Both the position numbers and the translations under genes were made by a program. Positions 23,301-38,300 of a stretch of 64,000 nt of DNA are shown piece by piece. Below the pieces are notes generated by a model. It did not search any database, was not told the origin of the DNA, and was given only the letters and a program-made list of their open reading frames with translations. The first letter of the stretch is position 1. The number at the start of each line of letters is the position of its first letter. Origin of the DNA: the human T2T-CHM13v2.0 reference genome, Homo sapiens; NCBI RefSeq assembly GCF_009914755.1, contig NC_060942.1; one strand, given 5' to 3'.

Positions 23301-26300
23301 TTCAAGTCACAGAGTAGAACATTCCCTTTGGTAGAGCAGGTTTGAAACACTCTTTTTGTAGTATCTGGAAGTGGACATTTGGAGCGCTTTCAGGCCCATG
23401 TTGGAAAGGGAAATATCTTCCCGTAACAACTAGGCAGAAGCATTCTCAGAAACTTATTTGAGATGTGTGTACTCAACTAAGAGAATTGAACCACCGTTTT
23501 GAAGGAGCAGTTTTGAAACACTCTTTTTCTGGAATCTGCAAGAGTATATTTGCCTAGCCTTGAGGATTTCGTTGGAAACGGGATTGTCTTCAGAGAAAAT
23601 CTAGACAGAAGCATTCTCAGAAACTTCTTTGGGATGCTTGCATTCAAGTCACAGAGTAGAACATTCCCTTTGGTAGAGCAGGTTTGAAACACTCTTTTTG
23701 TAGTATCTGGAAGTGGACATTTGGAGCGCTTTCAGGCCTACGTTGGAAAAGGAAATATCTTCCCATAACAACTAGACAGAAGCATTCTCAGAAACTAGTT
23801 TCTGATGTGTGTCCTCAACTAACACAGTTGAACATTTCTTTAGACAGAACAGTTTTGAAACACTCTTTTTGTGGAATCTGCAAGTGGCTATTTGGCTAGA
23901 TTTGAGGATTTCGTTGGAAACGGGATTACATATAAAAAGCAGTCAGCGGCATTCTCAGAAAGTTCTTTGTGATGATTGCATTCAAGTCACAGAATTGAAC
24001 ATTCCCTTTCACAGAGCAGGTTTGAAACACTCTTTTTGTAGTGTGTGTAAGTGGACATTTGGAGCACTTACCGGCCTAAGGTGAAAAAGGAAATATCTTC
24101 CCATAAAAACTAGACAGAAGCATTCTCAGAAACTTACTCGTGATGTGTGTCCTCAACTAAAGGAGTAGAACCTTTCTTTTCATAGAGAAGTTTTGAAACG
24201 CTCTTTTTGTGGAATCTGCAAGTGGATATTTGGCTAGTTTTGAGGATTTCGTTGGAAGCGGGAATTCATACAAATTGCAGACTGCAGCGTTCTGAGAAAC
24301 ATCTTTGTGATGTTTGTATTCAGGACACAGAGTTGAACATTCCCTATCATAGAGCAGGTTTGAATCACTCCTTTTGTAGTATCTGGAAGTGGACATTTGG
24401 AGCGCTTTCAGGCCTATGTTGGAAAAGGAAATATCTTCCCATAACAACTAGACAGAAGCATTCTCAGAAACTTATTTGAGATGTGTGTACTCAACTAAGA
24501 GAATTGAACCACCGTTTTGAAGGAGCAGTTTTGAAACTCTCTTTTTCTGGAATCTGCAAGTGGATATTTGGCTAGCTTTGGGGATTTCGCTGGAAGCGGG
24601 AATACATATAAAAAGCACACAGCAGCGTTCTGAGAAACTGCTTTCTGATGTTTGCATTCAAGTCAAAAGTTGAACACTCCCTTTCATAGAGCAGTCCTGA
24701 AACACCCCTTTTGTAGTATCTGGAACTGGACTTTTGGAGCGATTTCAGGGCTAAGGTGAAAAAGGAAATATCTTCCCATAAAAACTGGACAGAAGCATTC
24801 TCAGAAACTTGTTTATGCTGTATCTACTCAACTAACAAAGTTGAACCTTTCTTTTGATAGAGCAGTTTTGAAATGGTCTTTTTGTGGAATCTGCAAGTGG
24901 ATATTTGGCTAGTTTTGAGGATTTCGTTGGAAGCGGGAATTCATACAAATTGCAGACTGCAGCGTTCTGAGAAACATCTTTGTGATGTTTGTATTCAGGA
25001 CACAGAGTTGAACATTCCCTATCATAGAGCAGGTTGGAATCACTCCTTTTGTAGTATCTGGAAGTGGACATTTGGAGCGCTTTCAGGCCTATTTTGGAAA
25101 GGGAAATATCTTCCCGTAACAACTATGCAGAAGCATTCTCAGAAACTTGTTTGTGATGTGTGCCCTCTACTGACAGAGTTGAACCTTTCTTTTCATAGAG
25201 CAGTTTTGAAACACTCTTTTTGTAGAATCTGCAAGAGGATATTTGCATAGCTTTGAGGATTTCGTGGGAAACGGGATTGTCTTCAGGTAAAATCTAGACA
25301 GAAGCATTCTCAGAAACTTCTTTGGGATGTTTGCATTCAAGTCACAGAGTAGAACATTCCCTTTGGTAGAGCAGGTTTGAAACACTCTTTTTGTAGTATC
25401 TGGAAGTGGACATTTGGAGCGCTTTCAGGCCCATGTTGGAAAGGGAAATATCTTCCCGTAACAACTAGGCAGAAGCATTCTCAGAAACTTATTTGAGATG
25501 TGTGTACTCAACTAAGAGAATTGAACCACCGTTTTGAAGGAGCAGTTTTGAAACACTCTTTTTCTGGAATCTGCAAGAGTATATTTGCCTAGCCTTGAGG
25601 ATTTCGTTGGAAACGGGATTGTCTTCAGAGAAAATCTAGACAGAAGCATTCTCAGAAACTTCTTTGGGATGCTTGCATTCAAGTCACAGAGTAGAACATT
25701 CCCTTTGGTAGAGCAGGTTTGAAACACTCTTTTTGTAGTATCTGGAAGTGGACATTTGGAGCGCTTTCAGGCCTACGTTGGAAAAGGAAATATCTTCCCA
25801 TAACAACTAGACAGAAGCATTCTCAGAAACTAGTTTCTGATGTGTGTCCTCAACTAACACAGTTGAACATTTCTTTAGACAGAACAGTTTTGAAACACTC
25901 TTTTTGTGGAATCTGCAAGTGGCTATTTGGCTAGATTTGAGGATTTCGTTGGAAACGGGATTACATATAAAAAGCAGTCAGCGGCATTCTCAGAAAGTTC
26001 TTTGTGATGATTGCATTCAAGTCACAGAATTGAACATTCCCTTTCACAGAGCAGGTTTGAAACACTCTTTTTGTAGTGTGTGTAAGTGGACATTTGGAGC
26101 ACTTACCGGCCTAAGGTTAAAAAGGAAATATCTTCCCATAAAAACTAGACAGAAGCATTCTCAGAAACTTACTCGTGATGTGTGTCCTCAACTAAAGGAG
26201 TAGAACCTTTCTTTTCATAGAGAAGTTTTGAAACGCTCTTTTTGTGGAATCTGCAAGTGGATATTTGGCTAGTTTTGAGGATTTCGTTGGAAGCGGGAAT

Positions 26301-29300
26301 TCATACAAATTGCAGACTGCAGCGTTCTGAGAAACATCTTTGTGATGTTTGTATTCAGGACACAGAGTTGAACATTCCCTATCATAGAGCAGGTTGGAAT
26401 CACTCCTTTTGTAGTATCTGGAAGTGGACATTTGGAGCGCTTTCAGGCCTATGTTGGAAAAGGAAATATCTTCCCATAACAACTAGACAGAAGCATTCTC
26501 AGAAACTTATTTGAGATGTGTGTACTCAACTAAGAGAATTGAACCACCGTTTTGAAGGAGCAGTTTTGAAACTCTCTTTTTCTGGAATCTGCAAGTGGAT
26601 ATTTGGCTAGCTTTGGGGATTTCGCTGGAAGCGGGAATACATATAAAAAGCACACAGCAGCGTTCTGAGAAACTGCTTTCTGATGTTTGCATTCAAGTCA
26701 AAAGTTGAACACTCCCTTTCATAGAGCAGTCCTGAAACACCCCTTTTGTAGTATCTGGAACTGGACTTTTGGAGCGATTTCAGGGCTAAGGTGAAAAAGG
26801 AAATATCTTCCCATAAAAACTGGACAGAAGCATTCTCAGAAACTTGTTTATGCTGTATCTACTCAACTAACAAAGTTGAACCTTTCTTTTGATAGAGCAG
26901 TTTTGAAATGGTCTTTTTGTGGAATCTGCAAGTGGATATTTGGCTAGTTTTGAGGATTTCGTTGGAAGCGGGAATTCATACAAATTGCAGACTGCAGCGT
27001 TCTGAGAAACATCTTTGTGATGTTTGTATTCAGGACACAGAGTTGAACATTCCCTATCATAGAGCAGGTTGGAATCACTCCTTTTGTAGTATCTGGAAGT
27101 GGACATTTGGAGCGCTTTCAGGCCTATTTTGGAAAGGGAAATATCTTCCCGTAACAACTATGCAGAAGCATTCTCAGAAACTTGTTTGTGATGTGTGCCC
27201 TCTACTGACAGAGTTGAACCTTTCTTTTCATAGAGCAGTTTTGAAACACTCTTTTTGTAGAATCTGCAAGAGGATATTTGCATAGCTTTGAGGATTTCGT
27301 GGGAAACGGGATTGTCTTCAGGTAAAATCTAGACAGAAGCATTCTCAGAAACTTCTTTGGGATGTTTGCATTCAAGTCACAGAGTAGAACATTCCCTTTG
27401 GTAGAGCAGGTTTGAAACACTCTTTTTGTAGTATCTGGAAGTGGACATTTGGAGCGCTTTCAGGCCCATGTTGGAAAGGGAAATATCTTCCCGTAACAAC
27501 TAGGCAGAAGCATTCTCAGAAACTTATTTGAGATGTGTGTACTCAACTAAGAGAATTGAACCACCGTTTTGAAGGAGCAGTTTTGAAACACTCTTTTTCT
27601 GGAATCTGCAAGAGTATATTTGCCTAGCCTTGAGGATTTCGTTGGAAACGGGATTGTCTTCAGAGAAAATCTAGACAGAAGCATTCTCAGAAACTTCTTT
27701 GGGATGCTTGCATTCAAGTCACAGAGTAGAACATTCCCTTTGGTAGAGCAGGTTTGAAACACTCTTTTTTTAGTATCTGGAAGTGGACATTTGGAGCGCT
27801 TTCAGGCCTACGTTGGAAAAGGAAATATCTTCCCATAACAACTAGACAGAAGCATTCTCAGAAACTAGTTTCTGATGTGTGTCCTCAACTAACACAGTTG
27901 AACATTTCTTTAGACAGAACAGTTTTGAAACACTCTTTTTGTGGAATCTGCAAGTGGCTATTTGGCTAGATTTGAGGATTTCGTTGGAAACGGGATTACA
28001 TATAAAAAGCAGTCAGCGGCATTCTCAGAAAGTTCTTTGTGATGATTGCATTCAAGTCACAGAATTGAACATTCCCTTTCACAGAGCAGGTTTGAAACAC
28101 TCTTTTTGTAGTGTGTGTAAGTGGACATTTGGAGCACTTACCGGCCTAAGGTGAAAAAGGAAATATCTTCCCATAAAAACTAGACAGAAGCATTCTCAGA
28201 AACTTACTCGTGATGTGTGTCCTCAACTAAAGGAGTAGAACCTTTCTTTTCATAGAGAAGTTTTGAAACGCTCTTTTTGTGGAATCTGCAAGTGGATATT
28301 TGGCTAGTTTTGAGGATTTCGTTGGAAGCGGGAATTCATACAAATTGCAGACTGCAGCGTTCTGAGAAACATCTTTGTGATGTTTGTATTCAGGACACAG
28401 AGTTGAACATTCCCTATCATAGAGCAGGTTGGAATCACTCCTTTTGTAGTATCTGGAAGTGGACATTTGGAGCGCTTTCAGGCCTATGTTGGAAAAGGAA
28501 ATATCTTCCCATAACAACTAGACAGAAGCATTCTCAGAAACTTATTTGAGATGTGTGTACTCAACTAAGAGAATTGAACCACCGTTTTGAAGGAGCAGTT
28601 TTGAAACTCTCTTTTTCTGGAATCTGCAAGTGGATATTTGGCTAGCTTTGGGGATTTCGCTGGAAGCGGGAATACATATAAAAAGCACACAGCAGCGTTC
28701 TGAGAAACTGCTTTCTGATGTTTGCATTCAAGTCAAAAGTTGAACACTCCCTTTCATAGAGCAGTCCTGAAACACCCCTTTTGTAGTATCTGGAACTGGA
28801 CTTTTGGAGCGATTTCAGGGCTAAGGTGAAAAAGGAAATATCTTCCCATAAAAACTGGACAGAAGCATTCTCAGAAACTTGTTTATGCTGTATCTACTCA
28901 ACTAACAAAGTTGAACCTTTCTTTTGATAGAGCAGTTTTGAAATGGTCTTTTTGTGGAATCTGCAAGTGGATATTTGGCTAGTTTTGAGGATTTCGTTGG
29001 AAGCGGGAATTCATACAAATTGCAGACTGCAGCGTTCTGAGAAACATCTTTGTGATGTTTGTATTCAGGACACAGAGTTGAACATTCCCTATCATAGAGC
29101 AGGTTGGAATCACTCCTTTTGTAGTATCTGGAAGTGGACATTTGGAGCGCTTTCAGGCCTATTTTGGAAAGGGAAATATCTTCCCGTAACAACTATGCAG
29201 AAGCATTCTCAGAAACTTGTTTGTGATGTGTGCCCTCTACTGACAGAGTTGAACCTTTCTTTTCATAGAGCAGTTTTGAAACACTCTTTTTGTAGAATCT

Positions 29301-32300
29301 GCAAGAGGATATTTGCATAGCTTTGAGGATTTCGTGGGAAACGGGATTGTCTTCAGGTAAAATCTAGACAGAAGCATTCTCAGAAACTTCTTTGGGATGT
29401 TTGCATTCAAGTCACAGAGTAGAACATTCCCTTTGGTAGAGCAGGTTTGAAACACTCTTTTTGTAGTATCTGGAAGTGGACATTTGGAGCGCTTTCAGGC
29501 CCATGTTGGAAAGGGAAATATCTTCCCGTAACAACTAGGCAGAAGCATTCTCAGAAACTTATTTGAGATGTGTGTACTCAACTAAGAGAATTGAACCACC
29601 GTTTTGAAGGAGCAGTTTTGAAACACTCTTTTTCTGGAATCTGCAAGAGTATATTTGCCTAGCCTTGAGGATTTCGTTGGAAACGGGATTGTCTTCAGAG
29701 AAAATCTAGACAGAAGCATTCTCAGAAACTTCTTTGGGATGCTTGCATTCAAGTCACAGAGTAGAACATTCCCTTTGGTAGAGCAGGTTTGAAACACTCT
29801 TTTTTTAGTATCTGGAAGTGGACATTTGGAGCGCTTTCAGGCCTACGTTGGAAAAGGAAATATCTTCCCATAACAACTAGACAGAAGCATTCTCAGAAAC
29901 TAGTTTCTGATGTGTGTCCTCAACTAACACAGTTGAACATTTCTTTAGACAGAACAGTTTTGAAACACTCTTTTTGTGGAATCTGCAAGTGGCTATTTGG
30001 CTAGATTTGAGGATTTCGTTGGAAACGGGATTACATATAAAAAGCAGTCAGCGGCATTCTCAGAAAGTTCTTTGTGATGATTGCATTCAAGTCACAGAAT
30101 TGAACATTCCCTTTCACAGAGCAGGTTTGAAACACTCTTTTTGTAGTGTGTGTAAGTGGACATTTGGAGCACTTACCGGCCTAAGGTGAAAAAGGAAATA
30201 TCTTCCCATAAAAACTAGACAGAAGCATTCTCAGAAACTTACTCGTGATGTGTGTCCTCAACTAAAGGAGTAGAACCTTTCTTTTCATAGAGAAGTTTTG
30301 AAACGCTCTTTTTGTGGAATCTGCAAGTGGATATTTGGCTAGTTTTGAGGATTTCGTTGGAAGCGGGAATTCATACAAATTGCAGACTGCAGCGTTCTGA
30401 GAAACATCTTTGTGATGTTTGTATTCAGGACACAGAGTTGAACATTCCCTATCATAGAGCAGGTTTGAATCACTCCTTTTGTAGTATCTGGAAGTGGACA
30501 TTTGGAGCGCTTTCAGGCCTATGTTGGAAAAGGAAATATCTTCCCATAACAACTAGACAGAAGCATTCTCAGAAACTTATTTGAGATGTGTGTACTCAAC
30601 TAAGAGAATTGAACCACCGTTTTGAAGGAGCAGTTTTGAAACTCTCTTTTTCTGGAATCTGCAAGTGGATATTTGGCTAGCTTTGGGGATTTCGCTGGAA
30701 GCGGGAATACATATAAAAAGCACACAGCAGCGTTCTGAGAAACTGCTTTCTGATGTTTGCATTCAAGTCAAAAGTTGAACACTCCCTTTCATAGAGCAGT
30801 CCTGAAACACCCCTTTTGTAGTATCTGGAACTGGACTTTTGGAGCGATTTCAGGGCTAAGGTGAAAAAGGAAATATCTTCCCATAAAAACTGGACAGAAG
30901 CATTCTCAGAAACTTGTTTATGCTGTATCTACTCAACTAACAAAGTTGAACCTTTCTTTTGATAGAGCAGTTTTGAAATGGTCTTTTTGTGGAATCTGCA
31001 AGTGGATATTTGGCTAGTTTTGAGGATTTCGTTGGAAGCGGGAATTCATACAAATTGCAGACTGCAGCGTTCTGAGAAACATCTTTGTGATGTTTGTATT
31101 CAGGACACAGAGTTGAACATTCCCTATCATAGAGCAGGTTGGAATCACTCCTTTTGTAGTATCTGGAAGTGGACATTTGGAGCGCTTTCAGGCCTATTTT
31201 GGAAAGGGAAATATCTTCCCGTAACAACTATGCAGAAGCATTCTCAGAAACTTGTTTGTGATGTGTGCCCTCTACTGACAGAGTTGAACCTTTCTTTTCA
31301 TAGAGCAGTTTTGAAACACTCTTTTTGTAGAATCTGCAAGAGGATATTTGCATAGCTTTGAGGATTTCGTGGGAAACGGGATTGTCTTCAGGTAAAATCT
31401 AGACAGAAGCATTCTCAGAAACTTCTTTGGGATGTTTGCATTCAAGTCACAGAGTAGAACATTCCCTTTGGTAGAGCAGGTTTGAAACACTCTTTTTGTA
31501 GTATCTGGAAGTGGACATTTGGAGCGCTTTCAGGCCCATGTTGGAAAGGGAAATATCTTCCCGTAACAACTAGGCAGAAGCATTCTCAGAAACTTATTTG
31601 AGATGTGTGTACTCAACTAAGAGAATTGAACCACCGTTTTGAAGGAGCAGTTTTGAAACACTCTTTTTCTGGAATCTGCAAGAGTATATTTGCCTAGCCT
31701 TGAGGATTTCGTTGGAAACGGGATTGTCTTCAGAGAAAATCTAGACAGAAGCATTCTCAGAAACTTCTTTGGGATGCTTGCATTCAAGTCACAGAGTAGA
31801 ACATTCCCTTTGGTAGAGCAGGTTTGAAACACTCTTTTTGTAGTATCTGGAAGTGGACATTTGGAGCGCTTTCAGGCCTACGTTGGAAAAGGAAATATCT
31901 TCCCATAACAACTAGACAGAAGCATTCTCAGAAACTAGTTTCTGATGTGTGTCCTCAACTAACACAGTTGAACATTTCTTTAGACAGAACAGTTTTGAAA
32001 CACTCTTTTTGTGGAATCTGCAAGTGGCTATTTGGCTAGATTTGAGGATTTCGTTGGAAACGGGATTACATATAAAAAGCAGTCAGCGGCATTCTCAGAA
32101 AGTTCTTTGTGATGATTGCATTCAAGTCACAGAATTGAACATTCCCTTTCACAGAGCAGGTTTGAAACACTCTTTTTGTAGTGTGTGTAAGTGGACATTT
32201 GGAGCACTTACCGGCCTAAGGTGAAAAAGGAAATATCTTCCCATAAAAACTAGACAGAAGCATTCTCAGAAACTTACTCGTGATGTGTGTCCTCAACTAA

Positions 32301-35300
32301 AGGAGTAGAACCTTTCTTTTCATAGAGAAGTTTTGAAACGCTCTTTTTGTGGAATCTGCAAGTGGATATTTGGCTAGTTTTGAGGATTTCGTTGGAAGCG
32401 GGAATTCATACAAATTGCAGACTGCAGCGTTCTGAGAAACATCTTTGTGATGTTTGTATTCAGGACACAGAGTTGAACATTCCCTATCATAGAGCAGGTT
32501 TGAATCACTCCTTTTGTAGTATCTGGAAGTGGACATTTGGAGCGCTTTCAGGCCTATGTTGGAAAAGGAAATATCTTCCCATAACAACTAGACAGAAGCA
32601 TTCTCAGAAACTTATTTGAGATGTGTGTACTCAACTAAGAGAATTGAACCACCGTTTTGAAGGAGCAGTTTTGAAACTCTCTTTTTCTGGAATCTGCAAG
32701 TGGATATTTGGCTAGCTTTGGGGATTTCGCTGGAAGCGGGAATACATATAAAAAGCACACAGCAGCGTTCTGAGAAACTGCTTTCTGATGTTTGCATTCA
32801 AGTCAAAAGTTGAACACTCCCTTTCATAGAGCAGTCCTGAAACACCCCTTTTGTAGTATCTGGAACTGGACTTTTGGAGCGATTTCAGGGCTAAGGTGAA
32901 AAAGGAAATATCTTCCCATAAAAACTGGACAGAAGCATTCTCAGAAACTTGTTTATGCTGTATCTACTCAACTAACAAAGTTGAACCTTTCTTTTGATAG
33001 AGCAGTTTTGAAATGGTCTTTTTGTGGAATCTGCAAGTGGATATTTGGCTAGTTTTGAGGATTTCGTTGGAAGCGGGAATTCATACAAATTGCAGACTGC
33101 AGCGTTCTGAGAAACATCTTTGTGATGTTTGTATTCAGGACACAGAGTTGAACATTCCCTATCATAGAGCAGGTTGGAATCACTCCTTTTGTAGTATCTG
33201 GAAGTGGACATTTGGAGCGCTTTCAGGCCTATTTTGGAAAGGGAAATATCTTCCCGTAACAACTATGCAGAAGCATTCTCAGAAACTTGTTTGTGATGTG
33301 TGCCCTCTACTGACAGAGTTGAACCTTTCTTTTCATAGAGCAGTTTTGAAACACTCTTTTTGTAGAATCTGCAAGAGGATATTTGCATAGCTTTGAGGAT
33401 TTCGTGGGAAACGGGATTGTCTTCAGGTAAAATCTAGACAGAAGCATTCTCAGAAACTTCTTTGGGATGTTTGCATTCAAGTCACAGAGTAGAACATTCC
33501 CTTTGGTAGAGCAGGTTTGAAACACTCTTTTTGTAGTATCTGGAAGTGGACATTTGGAGCGCTTTCAGGCCCATGTTGGAAAGGGAAATATCTTCCCGTA
33601 ACAACTAGGCAGAAGCATTCTCAGAAACTTATTTGAGATGTGTGTACTCAACTAAGAGAATTGAACCACCGTTTTGAAGGAGCAGTTTTGAAACACTCTT
33701 TTTCTGGAATCTGCAAGAGTATATTTGCCTAGCCTTGAGGATTTCGTTGGAAACGGGATTGTCTTCAGAGAAAATCTAGACAGAAGCATTCTCAGAAACT
33801 TCTTTGGGATGCTTGCATTCAAGTCACAGAGTAGAACATTCCCTTTGGTAGAGCAGGTTTGAAACACTCTTTTTGTAGTATCTGGAAGTGGACATTTGGA
33901 GCGCTTTCAGGCCTACGTTGGAAAAGGAAATATCTTCCCATAACAACTAGACAGAAGCATTCTCAGAAACTAGTTTCTGATGTGTGTCCTCAACTAACAC
34001 AGTTGAACATTTCTTTAGACAGAACAGTTTTGAAACACTCTTTTTGTGGAATCTGCAAGTGGCTATTTGGCTAGATTTGAGGATTTCGTTGGAAACGGGA
34101 TTACATATAAAAAGCAGTCAGCGGCATTCTCAGAAAGTTCTTTGTGATGATTGCATTCAAGTCACAGAATTGAACATTCCCTTTCACAGAGCAGGTTTGA
34201 AACACTCTTTTTGTAGTGTGTGTAAGTGGACATTTGGAGCACTTACCGGCCTAAGGTGAAAAAGGAAATATCTTCCCATAAAAACTAGACAGAAGCATTC
34301 TCAGAAACTTACTCGTGATGTGTGTCCTCAACTAAAGGAGTAGAACCTTTCTTTTCATAGAGAAGTTTTGAAACGCTCTTTTTGTGGAATCTGCAAGTGG
34401 ATATTTGGCTAGTTTTGAGGATTTCGTTGGAAGCGGGAATTCATACAAATTGCAGACTGCAGCGTTCTGAGAAACATCTTTGTGATGTTTGTATTCAGGA
34501 CACAGAGTTGAACATTCCCTATCATAGAGCAGGTTTGAATCACTCCTTTTGTAGTATCTGGAAGTGGACATTTGGAGCGCTTTCAGGCCTATGTTGGAAA
34601 AGGAAATATCTTCCCATAACAACTAGACAGAAGCATTCTCAGAAACTTATTTGAGATGTGTGTACTCAACTAAGAGAATTGAACCACCGTTTTGAAGGAG
34701 CAGTTTTGAAACTCTCTTTTTCTGGAATCTGCAAGTGGATATTTGGCTAGCTTTGGGGATTTCGCTGGAAGCGGGAATACATATAAAAAGCACACAGCAG
34801 CGTTCTGAGAAACTGCTTTCTGATGTTTGCATTCAAGTCAAAAGTTGAACACTCCCTTTCATAGAGCAGTCCTGAAACACCCCTTTTGTAGTATCTGGAA
34901 CTGGACTTTTGGAGCGATTTCAGGGCTAAGGTGAAAAAGGAAATATCTTCCCATAAAAACTGGACAGAAGCATTCTCAGAAACTTGTTTATGCTGTATCT
35001 ACTCAACTAACAAAGTTGAACCTTTCTTTTGATAGAGCAGTTTTGAAATGGTCTTTTTGTGGAATCTGCAAGTGGATATTTGGCTAGTTTTGAGGATTTC
35101 GTTGGAAGCGGGAATTCATACAAATTGCAGACTGCAGCGTTCTGAGAAACATCTTTGTGATGTTTGTATTCAGGACACAGAGTTGAACATTCCCTATCAT
35201 AGAGCAGGTTGGAATCACTCCTTTTGTAGTATCTGGAAGTGGACATTTGGAGCGCTTTCAGGCCTATTTTGGAAAGGGAAATATCTTCCCGTAACAACTA

Positions 35301-38300
35301 TGCAGAAGCATTCTCAGAAACTTGTTTGTGATGTGTGCCCTCTACTGACAGAGTTGAACCTTTCTTTTCATAGAGCAGTTTTGAAACACTCTTTTTGTAG
35401 AATCTGCAAGAGGATATTTGCATAGCTTTGAGGATTTCGTGGGAAACGGGATTGTCTTCAGGTAAAATCTAGACAGAAGCATTCTCAGAAACTTCTTTGG
35501 GATGTTTGCATTCAAGTCACAGAGTAGAACATTCCCTTTGGTAGAGCAGGTTTGAAACACTCTTTTTGTAGTATCTGGAAGTGGACATTTGGAGCGCTTT
35601 CAGGCCCATGTTGGAAAGGGAAATATCTTCCCGTAACAACTAGGCAGAAGCATTCTCAGAAACTTATTTGAGATGTGTGTACTCAACTAAGAGAATTGAA
35701 CCACCGTTTTGAAGGAGCAGTTTTGAAACACTCTTTTTCTGGAATCTGCAAGAGTATATTTGCCTAGCCTTGAGGATTTCGTTGGAAACGGGATTGTCTT
35801 CAGAGAAAATCTAGACAGAAGCATTCTCAGAAACTTCTTTGGGATGCTTGCATTCAAGTCACAGAGTAGAACATTCCCTTTGGTAGAGCAGGTTTGAAAC
35901 ACTCTTTTTGTAGTATCTGGAAGTGGACATTTGGAGCGCTTTCAGGCCTACGTTGGAAAAGGAAATATCTTCCCATAACAACTAGACAGAAGCATTCTCA
36001 GAAACTAGTTTCTGATGTGTGTCCTCAACTAACACAGTTGAACATTTCTTTAGACAGAACAGTTTTGAAACACTCTTTTTGTGGAATCTGCAAGTGGCTA
36101 TTTGGCTAGATTTGAGGATTTCGTTGGAAACGGGATTACATATAAAAAGCAGTCAGCGGCATTCTCAGAAAGTTCTTTGTGATGATTGCATTCAAGTCAC
36201 AGAATTGAACATTCCCTTTCACAGAGCAGGTTTGAAACACTCTTTTTGTAGTGTGTGTAAGTGGACATTTGGAGCACGTACCGGCCTAAGGTGAAAAAGG
36301 AAATATCTTCCCATAAAAACTAGACAGAAGCATTCTCAGAAACTTACTCGTGATGTGTGTCCTCAACTAAAGGAGTAGAACCTTTCTTTTCATAGAGAAG
36401 TTTTGAAACGCTCTTTTTGTGGAATCTGCAAGTGGATATTTGGCTAGTTTTGAGGATTTCGTTGGAAGCGGGAATTCATACAAATTGCAGACTGCAGCGT
36501 TCTGAGAAACATCTTTGTGATGTTTGTATTCAGGACACAGAGTTGAACATTCCCTATCATAGAGCAGGTTGGAATCACTCCTTTTGTAGTATCTGGAAGT
36601 GGACATTTGGAGCGCTTTCAGGCCTATGTTGGAAAAGGAAATATCTTCCCATAACAACTAGACAGAAGCATTCTCAGAAACTTATTTGAGATGTGTGTAC
36701 TCAACTAAGAGAATTGAACCACCGTTTTGAAGGAGCAGTTTTGAAACTCTCTTTTTCTGGAATCTGCAAGTGGATATTTGGCTAGCTTTGGGGATTTCGC
36801 TGGAAGCGGGAATACATATAAAAAGCACACAGCAGCGTTCTGAGAAACTGCTTTCTGATGTTTGCATTCAAGTCAAAAGTTGAACACTCCCTTTCATAGA
36901 GCAGTCCTGAAACACCCCTTTTGTAGTATCTGGAACTGGACTTTTGGAGCGATTTCAGGGCTAAGGTGAAAAAGGAAATATCTTCCCATAAAAACTGGAC
37001 AGAAGCATTCTCAGAAACTTGTTTATGCTGTATCTACTCAACTAACAAAGTTGAACCTTTCTTTTGATAGAGCAGTTTTGAAATGGTCTTTTTGTGGAAT
37101 CTGCAAGTGGATATTTGGCTAGTTTTGAGGATTTCGTTGGAAGCGGGAATTCATACAAATTGCAGACTGCAGCGTTCTGAGAAACATCTTTGTGATGTTT
37201 GTATTCAGGACACAGAGTTGAACATTCCCTATCATAGAGCAGGTTGGAATCACTCCTTTTGTAGTATCTGGAAGTGGACATTTGGAGCGCTTTCAGGCCT
37301 ATTTTGGAAAGGGAAATATCTTCCCGTAACAACTATGCAGAAGCATTCTCAGAAACTTGTTTGTGATGTGTGCCCTCTACTGACAGAGTTGAACCTTTCT
37401 TTTCATAGAGCAGTTTTGAAACACTCTTTTTGTAGAATCTGCAAGAGGATATTTGCATAGCTTTGAGGATTTCGTGGGAAACGGGATTGTCTTCAGGTAA
37501 AATCTAGACAGAAGCATTCTCAGAAACTTCTTTGGGATGTTTGCATTCAAGTCACAGAGTAGAACATTCCCTTTGGTAGAGCAGGTTTGAAACACTCTTT
37601 TTGTAGTATCTGGAAGTGGACATTTGGAGCGCTTTCAGGCCCATGTTGGAAAGGGAAATATCTTCCCGTAACAACTAGGCAGAAGCATTCTCAGAAACTT
37701 ATTTGAGATGTGTGTACTCAACTAAGAGAATTGAACCACCGTTTTGAAGGAGCAGTTTTGAAACACTCTTTTTCTGGAATCTGCAAGAGTATATTTGCCT
37801 AGCCTTGAGGATTTCGTTGGAAACGGGATTGTCTTCAGAGAAAATCTAGACAGAAGCATTCTCAGAAACTTCTTTGGGATGCTTGCATTCAAGTCACAGA
37901 GTAGAACATTCCCTTTGGTAGAGCAGGTTTGAAACACTCTTTTTGTAGTATCTGGAAGTGGACATTTGGAGCGCTTTCAGGCCTACGTTGGAAAAGGAAA
38001 TATCTTCCCATAACAACTAGACAGAAGCATTCTCAGAAACTAGTTTCTGATGTGTGTCCTCAACTAACACAGTTGAACATTTCTTTAGACAGAACAGTTT
38101 TGAAACACTCTTTTTGTGGAATCTGCAAGTGGCTATTTGGCTAGATTTGAGGATTTCGTTGGAAACGGGATTACATATAAAAAGCAGTCAGCGGCATTCT
38201 CAGAAAGTTCTTTGTGATGATTGCATTCAAGTCACAGAATTGAACATTCCCTTTCACAGAGCAGGTTTGAAACACTCTTTTTGTAGTGTGTGTAAGTGGA

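Noticed and set aside
25844-26203. Unique extended 119-aa ORF
   Set aside because: Caused by a single G>T at 26118 removing a stop codon in satellite DNA; no evidence of coding function.
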